From: Desulfocapsa sulfexigens DSM 10523
GTDB taxonomy: Bacteria > Desulfobacterota > Desulfobulbia > Desulfobulbales > Desulfocapsaceae
Length of the DNA: 32,000 bases
Reading direction: 5' to 3'
NCBI RefSeq assembly: GCF_000341395.1
Contig: NC_020304.1
Span: 450,001 to 482,000, forward strand
The notes beneath the pieces were generated by a model, which was not told the DNA's origin, searched no databases, and worked only from the letters and a program-made list of their open reading frames with translations. The position numbers were made by a program, and so were the translations under genes. Of the stretch, positions 10,565 through 18,923 are shown one piece after another (positions within the stretch are counted from its first letter, which is position 1; each line of letters starts with the position of its first letter).

Positions 10565-11101
10565 CTATCTTTTTTCAACGAGGGGGGACAACACGTTTTC
10601 CGGAAAACGGCGACGGAAATTCCCTGGCGGGGAATATTGACAAACCCAAATATTGGCTCTCAGTGATTTTCCTGAGCGGCAGCCCGAAATATGGGCACAG
10701 CCGATTTCTTCAGTTGCCTTCCAGACAACCTGAGTGAAGTGACCTACTCCCGGAATATAGCCCGGCTCCTCATAGTCATACAACGCTTCTTCATCATACC
10801 ACATCTTCACAGTGGACCCAATGCCCATATCGTAGGAGGCCCAGGCCAGATTTTCGCCATACCTGGAGCCAGAATGCCCAGAGGGGCAGGTTTTCGCATG
10901 GACAAGAGCACTGGCCGCCACCTTCTCCGACCAGACAACTGAGGGTACACCGTGCAGCTTTCGATAGTAATTATGCGCAGTAAGCCACTGTTCGCTCTCC
11001 TCCGTGGGGGCAGCCATCAACCATCCAGGAACGAAGAAAAACAGGATAAACCCGGACAAGAGGACGAAACAGTATCCAGAAGCATCTCTAAACATAAACA
11101 T
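10565..11101 (-). CDS. CAP-domain (SCP/PR-1-like) secreted protein
   Basis: 178 aa; hydrophobic N-terminus, AHNYYRKLHGVPSVVWSEKVAASA, SRYGENLAWAS, GHFTQVVWKATEEIGCAHISGC, IWVCQYSPPGN. Confidence 0.92.
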   Translation of the reverse strand: MFMFRDASGYCFVLLSGFILFFFVPGWLMAAPTEESEQWLTAHNYYRKLHGVPSVVWSEKVAASALVHAKTCPSGHSGSRYGENLAWASYDMGIGSTVKMWYDEEALYDYEEPGYIPGVGHFTQVVWKATEEIGCAHISGCRSGKSLRANIWVCQYSPPGNFRRRFPENVLSPLVEKR

Positions 11102-11222
11102 TTTGTTTACAGAAAAAGCATTCCCAAACAGCGAAGAAAACCATGTAATTAATTACTATTCCATGGTTAGTTTTCATAATCCAGCGAAAAACCTGGGCTA
11201 AAGTATATTCTCGAACAACTCT

Positions 11223-12293
11223 CTAGCCATTGTCATCAATACGCTTCATCCCTTCCATTAACATTCCCATAAAACCGCCCAGAATATCCAGTTCCATTTC
11301 CCGCTGACTCAATCCATGAACGAACTTAAACCGTCCCTCATTAATAGCCAGACAGTCGTAAAAAGCCTCCTGCCCTTCCTTGGAGTTATAGGTCGCAGAG
11401 ACAAGCTCTCCCTCGTTAAAGAGAAGGATGGCCTTTTCCTGCCCTACTTCCAGCTTCAACCGCCCTGTCTTCTGATTTGAATTAATCATCTGACACAGTT
11501 CAAGAGGTGGAATATCGGCAAGCTGACCAACCATCCCCGAAGCAAGTTCCTCGGCTCGTTGGAAATTGATAGTTGTAATGCGACTCACCAGCAGTTTATA
11601 AAAGAACACCTGAAGTGCAGGGAAACGATTCAGGACATGACGAAAGTTTTTCTGGCTGAGACTTGCAATCTGACAAGGTTCCATGGCCATTATAGTGGTG
11701 GTGACCCGATCTCCTGACAAAAGACTCATTTCACCAAAAACATCCCCTCGCTCCATCTCGGCAAGGGTCACCCCATCATCATCCATAACCTCCACCCTGC
11801 CATCTATGATGATAAACAGATTGGAGGCTGGGTCACCCTTCTGGAGAATTGGAAATCCCCAATTGTAATCGTCAAGTTTCAGGAGAGTGGCAAGATCGAG
11901 GAGATCGTCATCGGACAACGGTTGAAAAATATCAATGGTTCGCAGAAGACCTGCAAAGCGGGAAACAGACTTTAACTTTTCACGACGTTCCGCTGCAGCC
12001 AGCAGTCTCATCTGAATGGTGGAAAAATCTTTTTCTTTTTTAAATTCAAAACGAATAATGCCGGTGCAGCCGCCACACTCGAACTTTGTTTTCTGCCTGC
12101 TTCCCTGGAGATACAGCTCAAAGACAATATCCTCAGATGCAAGTGCAATGAGATCCCTCGTCAGGGTGAGACAGGTCGCCTTGGCTGCAGGGAGTCTCAA
12201 CACGCCTCCATCAACCTGCAACTCTTCACCGACGTTATACAGAGGGCAATGTCTCTCCTCAGTGATGACAAAGACACCATTTCGAAATTGCAT
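11223..12293 (-). CDS. Cyclic nucleotide-binding domain protein with C-terminal DUF4388/PATAN-like domain and short N-terminal TIGR04076-like domain
   Basis: 356 aa; cNMP motif LQKGDPASNLFIIIDGRVEVMDDDGVTLAEMERGDVFGEMSLLSGD. The C-terminal MVGQLADIPPLELCQMINSNQKTGRLKLEVGQEKAILLFNEGELVSATY fits DUF4388. Confidence 0.82.
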   Translation of the reverse strand: MQFRNGVFVITEERHCPLYNVGEELQVDGGVLRLPAAKATCLTLTRDLIALASEDIVFELYLQGSRQKTKFECGGCTGIIRFEFKKEKDFSTIQMRLLAAAERREKLKSVSRFAGLLRTIDIFQPLSDDDLLDLATLLKLDDYNWGFPILQKGDPASNLFIIIDGRVEVMDDDGVTLAEMERGDVFGEMSLLSGDRVTTTIMAMEPCQIASLSQKNFRHVLNRFPALQVFFYKLLVSRITTINFQRAEELASGMVGQLADIPPLELCQMINSNQKTGRLKLEVGQEKAILLFNEGELVSATYNSKEGQEAFYDCLAINEGRFKFVHGLSQREMELDILGGFMGMLMEGMKRIDDNG

Positions 12294-12342
12294 AGTCTAC
12301 CTTCTGCACCCGACAACCTGAGAAAAGCAACCGTCCATCGGA

Positions 12343-12681
12343 CTAATCGGAACGTCCAAAAAACAGATAAATAAGGAAACCGAGGAGCCCTGCCCCGCCA
12401 AATAGAACCGGAAGGATCTTACTTATCTGCAACTCATCCCCGACAACCAGAGTGGCCATATATTCCGTCCCACTCACCCACCAGACAGCAACAAACGCCG
12501 CAATAACAATAAGATCTTTGAAGGACTGTTTATACAGAAGATACAACACCATTGAAACAAAGGGAACCATGAACCACGGGTTACTGAAGAGACCGATAAC
12601 GTCAACATCCGCAACCTGCGCCCGAATCTGAGTTGATTCAATCCAGGCCCAAATATTTGTTAAAAAATCAGCCATTAGCAA
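12343..12681 (-). CDS. Small membrane protein, unknown function
   Basis: 112 aa with about three hydrophobic segments (WFMVPFVSMVLYLLY, DLIVIAAFVAVWWV, ILPVLFGGAGLLGFLIYLFF); 49 bp upstream of the cNMP-binding gene on the same strand. Confidence 0.6.
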   Translation of the reverse strand: MLMADFLTNIWAWIESTQIRAQVADVDVIGLFSNPWFMVPFVSMVLYLLYKQSFKDLIVIAAFVAVWWVSGTEYMATLVVGDELQISKILPVLFGGAGLLGFLIYLFFGRSD

Positions 12682-13188
12682 GTCACCTCTATTCTAAATA
12701 AACCTGACTACTCCTGAAAAAAAATACTGCAAAAGCTATTAAAAACAGTGTAGCTCACCGGCTCTTTTTTTTCACGGAACTTTTCTTGTCCAATGCGTTT
12801 CTTCAGAACCAGTAAACTGCTTAACTGTTCTGTTTTTTGCTTTTAACTACTAAAACAGTGTTTTCCTTCGCCGGCATTTATCAGATCTCCTGAAAATTAT
12901 TGCTGAGCTACTTCCTTATAACAACAAAACAGCAGGACAAAAAAACTCTTTTATACAGAGATATCGGAATCATTAAACAGTATCATACTGTCCTAAATCA
13001 GATTTCTTCTCGTATCAACAGAGCTGATCCTGACAGGATCAATCCTATTTGACTTAGCACTATTATTCAGTATACTAAAAATATGTTTACAGTTATATTT
13101 CATTCGCCCCTAACCCCATAAAGACGCCATGCACTTTTCAGGTTTCTAATACTGCTTCCCCTGCAAACAGCTTAAAGGAGATTTTTCC

Positions 13189-14307
13189 ATGAAACTCCAG
13201 TCGCAGACTCTGATCCTGTTTTTGTCCTCCTTTTTTTTCCTCTCTTTTGTAACTTCCTGTAATCAACAGCAGCCACCGATAAAAATCGGTCTGGCAATTA
13301 ACCTCAGTGGCCGGGGAGGTGAAGCCGGGGAACATATCCGGGACGGGGCAATTCTTGCCGTAGACAACGTCAACAAGGCAGGTGGAATCAACGGTCGCTC
13401 TCTTGAACTGCTTATTCGCGACGACCAGAACAGCGATGAAGGCATCATACAAGCAGACGAGTCACTTATAGATGCAGGTGTAGTTGCTATCATCGGTCAC
13501 AGTTTTTCATCCAATACTATTAAAGCACATCCTCTTGTCACTTCACGTGATACCATACTCATCACAGCCTATACCGCATCCACCGAGCTCAGCGGCCAGG
13601 ATGATCTTTTTTTTCGAACTGCTGTCGACTGCTCGCTGTTTGGTAAAAAAATGGCCACCCTCCTGCAGAAAAAAGAAGTACAATCCGTGGCATTCCTCAT
13701 GGATATGACAAACTCTGCTTTCGTTCTCGATTACGTAAATCGTGTCCGGGCACATTTTACCGGCCCTGTCACCGAGGTGAAATTTAACTCCCGGGAACAT
13801 GCCGACTGGGACCGGATAATGGATGAGTTACTTGAACCACGGCGGGATGCAATTATTCTCCTTACCGAGGCGAGTATGACAGGAGTTGCTTTACAAAAAA
13901 TTGCTGCCACTGATTTCAACGGAAGCCGTATTGCGACTATCTGGGCTCAGACCCCGGAACTGATACGCCACGCCGGGGACAGCGCCGAGGGCCTGAGTAT
14001 CATCACCTATGTAGATCCAGATAACAGCCGTCCGGACTACCTCAAATTTGCCCGAGAAATTGAAGAAAAACTTCACAATAAGGCAACAGCCAGATCGACA
14101 AGAGCCTACGAGATGGTCATGATTCTGGCCGATGCTCTGGGGCGCTGTTCCAGCATAAGCAGTGGCGAACTGAAGAAGGCATTGCTTGCAGGAGAGTATG
14201 ATACCCTTATGGGGCACGTAAAATTTGACCAGTATGGCGATGTGGTGCGACCGGTATACGAAGTTATCGTGCGTGACAAACAATTTCGCAATAATGGAGA
14301 AATCTAA
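13189..14307 (+). CDS. Type 1 periplasmic binding protein (Leu/Ile/Val-binding family), probable lipoprotein
   Basis: 372 aa; signal peptide with candidate lipobox SFVTSC, then IKIGLAINLSGRGGEAGEHIRDGAILAVDNVNKAGGINGRSLELLIRDDQ. Confidence 0.85.
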   Translation: MKLQSQTLILFLSSFFFLSFVTSCNQQQPPIKIGLAINLSGRGGEAGEHIRDGAILAVDNVNKAGGINGRSLELLIRDDQNSDEGIIQADESLIDAGVVAIIGHSFSSNTIKAHPLVTSRDTILITAYTASTELSGQDDLFFRTAVDCSLFGKKMATLLQKKEVQSVAFLMDMTNSAFVLDYVNRVRAHFTGPVTEVKFNSREHADWDRIMDELLEPRRDAIILLTEASMTGVALQKIAATDFNGSRIATIWAQTPELIRHAGDSAEGLSIITYVDPDNSRPDYLKFAREIEEKLHNKATARSTRAYEMVMILADALGRCSSISSGELKKALLAGEYDTLMGHVKFDQYGDVVRPVYEVIVRDKQFRNNGEI

Positions 14308-17232
14308 GTGGCACCACAACCTCTGCGCAGAAAGATCAACCGAATTCTCTCCCTTGTCGCGGTTGCCATATTTTTTATCGTTTTCCTTCTTACCGGAGTA
14401 AGTGAATACAGGGAAACTCGAGCCGAAGACACCGCAGTCATGCGGGCCAGAATCGATGTGGCCCGTACACTCACCAGGGATGTCCTGTTTCATGTAGATG
14501 CCATGGTACAGAAGGTGTTGCAATCCCACCCGAACAACCCAGCCACAATCCTCTCACAACTGGCTTCGTCCCACTATTTTGAACTCCATGACGACAGTTT
14601 TTACGTACTCGACCCCCAGGGCAGAGTCTCCCTTATTTCTGAGCCGTACATCAATTATACAGGACTTGACTTCAGCGCCATGATTTCAACGAAATCAACA
14701 CCGAAGCAACAGGTGCAGCATCATTACAAGTCTCTCCTGACAAATCGTTCCGTAGTGACCCTCCAGTACCCACTCGATAATGGATACCTGCTGGTGGTGG
14801 AGCGTAATCTGGCAAACATTACTCCGGTCCTGGCCAGTTTTGAGGACGGAAAACTGTTTCCAGGTGAGCTCTTCTTTGTCCTGTCAACTGACGGTCGGAC
14901 GATTTATCACCCGAACCGCTCCTTAATGGAAACCCGCCATAACCTTGGTTTTGATCTAAAAGAGGTCTCCAGACCTGATAGCAGTGGACTTTTTTCTTTT
15001 TTCTACAAGGGCCAGAAGTATATCGCTCTCAGCGAACGGTTCACGGAGCCAGACAACTGGACCATCTACTACTGCATCCCCAACAAGGTAATAATGGAGA
15101 AAACCCAGGATTTCCTTATCATTCAACTTCTGTCCCTGCTCTTTTTCTTCGCTCTGCTCTTTTGTGTGTTCCGAATTGTTTTCAACAGGTTTTTCTCACG
15201 GCCGGTAAACAATATTGTTGAAGTCCTGAAGCATTCCGGACAGGGTAATAGACTCACTCTATCTCCTGACACATCAGGAGGCATTCTGGAGTTTGAAACC
15301 ATTGCGGGAGCTATCAGCTCCAGAGACGAAGAGATATTCAAAACTGCCGAGCGTTTCCGTATCCTCCTCGACAGCCTGGACGCACTTGTTTACGTCGCTG
15401 ATATGGAGACCTACGAACTCATTTTTGTGAATAGTTATGGACGAAAGATTTACGGTGAGGCTGTTGGCAGGAAATGCTACGAAGCTTTACAAAAGGGGCA
15501 GGATGCCCCCTGTGAGTTCTGTACCAACCACCTGCTGGTGGACTCAGATGGAAAGCCCACGAAGGTTCATATCTGGGAGTTTCAGAACACTCTCACCGGG
15601 CAGTGGTACCAGTGCCGGGATCAGGCAGTTTACTGGACAGACGGCAGACTGGTGCGCATGGAAATTGCCACCGACATCAGCGACAGAAAAGATTCGGAAG
15701 ACGCGCTCCAGGCTGAAAAAGAACGCTTGAGCGTAACCCTGCGCTCCATTGGAGATGGTGTTATCACCACTGACGTTGAAGGCAACATCATCTTTTTAAA
15801 TAAGGTTGCAGAAGAACTTAGCGGCTGGACCAGTGAAGACGCCAAAGGCAAGCCATCCACCCAGGTTTTTAATATAATAAACGAAAAAACCGGCCAGAAA
15901 TGTGTCAGCCCGGTGCAACGGGTCATAGAACTCGGCAGAATCATCGGCCTTGCCAATCATACGGCCCTCATAGCAAAAGATGGCACTATACGATCCATTG
16001 CAGACAGCGGCGCCCCGATCAGGGACAGAGAGAGTAACATCATAGGTGTTGTCCTTGTCTTCCGTGACACTACTCACGAAAAAAAATTGGAGGAAGAGTT
16101 GCTTAAAACCAGGAAACTGGAATCACTCGGGGTACTTGCCGGTGGTATAGCCCACGATTTCAACAACATTCTCTCAGCCATCCTTGGCAACATCGAGTTG
16201 GCCGGCTACCGGATTGCAAAGGAAGACACCAGAACGGCGTCTCTACTCACAGATGCCGGGAAAGCAACGAAAAGGGCTGCAAAGCTCACAGAGCAATTAC
16301 TTACTTTTTCCAAAGGCGGTGAACCGGTTCGGGAAATCATAGAACTTCCAGCATTTATAGCCGAATCGGCAGATTTTGTGCTTCATGGGAGTCGGATCGT
16401 CTGTAACTACAACTTTCCAGAAGACCTCTGGAGGGTTGACGTGGATAGTGGCCAGATCGGTCAGGTTATTCAGAACATTATCATCAATGCAAAACATGCC
16501 ATGCCCGAAGGCGGCACCATAACAATCAGCTGCACGAACATTGAAGATACCGCTGCAGAGGCACTTCTAAGCGTGGACAAGGGTGATTATGTCCGCGTAA
16601 CTATCCAGGATACAGGCGTGGGCATTCCCAGAGAAATCATAGACAAAATATTTGATCCCTATTTCACGACAAAAAAAGAAGGCAGTGGGCTTGGGCTTGC
16701 AATCTGTCACTCAATCATCAATAAACACGATGGGTATCTCACCGTTCATTCCACCATCGGAAAAGGGACAACGTTCACCCTGTACCTGCCTGCTGTACGT
16801 TCCAGGGCAGGGACAAACAGCACTGCAAGAAAAACGAAGAGTACAGCAGCAAGTAAAGCGGCCAGGATAATGATCATGGATGATGAAGAGATGCTGAGGG
16901 ATGTAGCAGCCTCGCAGCTTGCCTTTCTAGGTCATGAAGCGGTTGCGGTGAATGATGGAATCCAGGCAGTCAACAGGTATCAGGAACTGCAGGATAATGG
17001 CACCCCCGTTGATCTCGTAATTATGGATTTAACCATTCCCGGCGGCATGGGTGGACAGGAAGCAGCAGAAAAACTCATCGAGATTGACTCCAATGTGAAA
17101 ATAATTGTCGCCAGTGGGTATTCCAATGACCCGGTGATGGCCAACTACCGGAAATATGGATTTGTTGCCGCTATCGCAAAGCCATTTGATTTGAAACAGT
17201 TGAGTAATACCATAGCATCAATTTTGGACTAA
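14308..17232 (+). CDS. Hybrid sensor histidine kinase: periplasmic Cache-like sensor, TM, PAS x2, HisKA/HATPase, receiver
   Basis: 974 aa; N-terminal TM and a large extracytoplasmic region, second TM LLSLLFFFALLFCVFRIVF, PAS segments, GVLAGGIAHDFNNILSAILGN (H-box), LGLAICHSIINKHDG, receiver RIMIMDDEEMLRD...VIMDLTIPGGMGG...KPFD. GTG start directly abuts the previous TAA. Confidence 0.92.
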   Translation: MAPQPLRRKINRILSLVAVAIFFIVFLLTGVSEYRETRAEDTAVMRARIDVARTLTRDVLFHVDAMVQKVLQSHPNNPATILSQLASSHYFELHDDSFYVLDPQGRVSLISEPYINYTGLDFSAMISTKSTPKQQVQHHYKSLLTNRSVVTLQYPLDNGYLLVVERNLANITPVLASFEDGKLFPGELFFVLSTDGRTIYHPNRSLMETRHNLGFDLKEVSRPDSSGLFSFFYKGQKYIALSERFTEPDNWTIYYCIPNKVIMEKTQDFLIIQLLSLLFFFALLFCVFRIVFNRFFSRPVNNIVEVLKHSGQGNRLTLSPDTSGGILEFETIAGAISSRDEEIFKTAERFRILLDSLDALVYVADMETYELIFVNSYGRKIYGEAVGRKCYEALQKGQDAPCEFCTNHLLVDSDGKPTKVHIWEFQNTLTGQWYQCRDQAVYWTDGRLVRMEIATDISDRKDSEDALQAEKERLSVTLRSIGDGVITTDVEGNIIFLNKVAEELSGWTSEDAKGKPSTQVFNIINEKTGQKCVSPVQRVIELGRIIGLANHTALIAKDGTIRSIADSGAPIRDRESNIIGVVLVFRDTTHEKKLEEELLKTRKLESLGVLAGGIAHDFNNILSAILGNIELAGYRIAKEDTRTASLLTDAGKATKRAAKLTEQLLTFSKGGEPVREIIELPAFIAESADFVLHGSRIVCNYNFPEDLWRVDVDSGQIGQVIQNIIINAKHAMPEGGTITISCTNIEDTAAEALLSVDKGDYVRVTIQDTGVGIPREIIDKIFDPYFTTKKEGSGLGLAICHSIINKHDGYLTVHSTIGKGTTFTLYLPAVRSRAGTNSTARKTKSTAASKAARIMIMDDEEMLRDVAASQLAFLGHEAVAVNDGIQAVNRYQELQDNGTPVDLVIMDLTIPGGMGGQEAAEKLIEIDSNVKIIVASGYSNDPVMANYRKYGFVAAIAKPFDLKQLSNTIASILD

Positions 17233-18923
17233 TACGGCGAGTATGTGGTGAACAGATTTTCACCCTGCAGACGAGCAGCCAATCCACTATGCCGTTGAAT
17301 TTTTCCGGCCACGGCCTGATCAAAAACGGAACGGATACTATTCACCTTCACCCTGTCTCGTGCCCGGGTAACCGCCGTATACAATAACTCTCTGGTGACA
17401 ACGGCCGATTCCCGGTCAGGAAGAACCACCAGGACCTCTCCTATTTCCGCCCCCTGACTCTTATGGATGGTGAGTGCATAGGCAGTCTCACAACTCTTCA
17501 ACCTGCCGGGAAGGAACCCCTGCAACGTGCCATCTGTTCTTTCAAACCAGACCTTTAAAACCTCAGGACTCTCTGGATCGGGAAGGCAAAGGCCGATATC
17601 CCCATTGTAGAGATCAAGCCCATATTCATTCCTGGTGACCATCACGGGTCGTCCGGGATACCACTCTGTTGTCGTACAGTTGTAGCCCTTTCCGCTCAGG
17701 TACTTTTCCACCGCCCTGTTCACCCCTTCTACCCCAAAAGGCCCATGACGCAGGGCACAGAGGATCTTGAATGAATGAAACACTTCAAACAATCCCCTAT
17801 ACTCCTCAACCCTTACAGCAGAAATAACAGCTTCCATATAGCCAGAGTAGTGCCTGCCACCGTACCCCGCCACATCATTTTCCAGCAGGGATACATTGTC
17901 TGGAGACTCGCCAACCATAATGTGCCAGGCCCGCAGGGAATCCCCCTCGTTGATGGCTTCGGCAAAGCGTTTTATTCCCCTGTCAAAACGATAGCTCCGT
18001 TGTAGTTCAACCGTGTTTTCGGGCAGGGCAGATATCATATCGGCAAGCACCGTACCAGATTCCACGGAGGCGAGTTGATCCTTGTCTCCAAGAAGAATCA
18101 GGCGACACCCCGGACGAAGAGCATTGACCAGTTTGCTCATAAGGGCCAGATCCACCATGGAGGCTTCATCAACCACCACCACATCGTGAAGTAATGGGTT
18201 TTCTGCATTGTGATGAAAAAATGGTGAAAAATGTTTTACCACCAGGAGCCGGTGCAGAGTAGAAGCCTTTTCCGGGATGTTTCTTACAATGGAGTCTTCA
18301 AGACTAAGGCCCTGAACTGAATTCCGTATGGATTCCTGAAGTCGCATGGCAGCCTTTCCCGTAGGAGCAGTAAGAGCAACCTTCAAGCCGCCAGCGGACG
18401 CGCTCTGAAGCAGGGCAAGAATCTTCACCACGGTGGTGGTCTTTCCCGTTCCCGGCCCTCCTGAAATAATCAGAAGATTCTGCTTTAAGGCCTGAACGGC
18501 TGCAAGCCTCTGAAAGTCCATCTCATTATCTGTTTGTACTCCAAACAGGGTATCAAGCAGCAGCTCATTGAGAGGGAGTTTTTGAGAATCTGCAACAAAT
18601 GTTGCAATTCTGGCAGCAAGAGTCTGCTCATAGTCAAACATCCGCCTAAGATAGAGACGAGTTCCCGCAAGACACAATGGTTTGTTTCCAGCCTCATACT
18701 CCCCTTCCCACGCAAGAGCTGACTTCGAGATAAGCCTCGCCTCAATATTCGTTACAGGAAGAAAGGAATCCCCGGCAGCCAGGCTTATCGACAGCCTGCA
18801 GACAATATCCTGAAACTGTTCATGATCCTGCCCCGTAAGTCCGGATCGATTGGCCAGGAATTTTGCAAATTGACTGTCCAGCAGACGAACTGTTTTCTCC
18901 AGCATCATTTCGCCCCAAGACAA
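17229..18923 (-). CDS. recD: Exodeoxyribonuclease V alpha subunit RecD
   Basis: 564 aa; NLLIISGGPGTGKTTTVVKILALL, VVVDEASMVDLALMSKL, LLGDKDQLASVESGTVLADM, YALTIHKSQGAEIGEVLVVLP, LYTAVTRARDRV. Confidence 0.93.
   Translation of the reverse strand: MSWGEMMLEKTVRLLDSQFAKFLANRSGLTGQDHEQFQDIVCRLSISLAAGDSFLPVTNIEARLISKSALAWEGEYEAGNKPLCLAGTRLYLRRMFDYEQTLAARIATFVADSQKLPLNELLLDTLFGVQTDNEMDFQRLAAVQALKQNLLIISGGPGTGKTTTVVKILALLQSASAGGLKVALTAPTGKAAMRLQESIRNSVQGLSLEDSIVRNIPEKASTLHRLLVVKHFSPFFHHNAENPLLHDVVVVDEASMVDLALMSKLVNALRPGCRLILLGDKDQLASVESGTVLADMISALPENTVELQRSYRFDRGIKRFAEAINEGDSLRAWHIMVGESPDNVSLLENDVAGYGGRHYSGYMEAVISAVRVEEYRGLFEVFHSFKILCALRHGPFGVEGVNRAVEKYLSGKGYNCTTTEWYPGRPVMVTRNEYGLDLYNGDIGLCLPDPESPEVLKVWFERTDGTLQGFLPGRLKSCETAYALTIHKSQGAEIGEVLVVLPDRESAVVTRELLYTAVTRARDRVKVNSIRSVFDQAVAGKIQRHSGLAARLQGENLFTTYSPY

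Noticed and set aside
10419-10640. 73-aa + strand ORF between the ferritin and CAP genes
   Set aside because: It overlaps the CAP gene 3' end, has no recognisable motif, and evidence for coding is weak despite a nearby purine-rich stretch.
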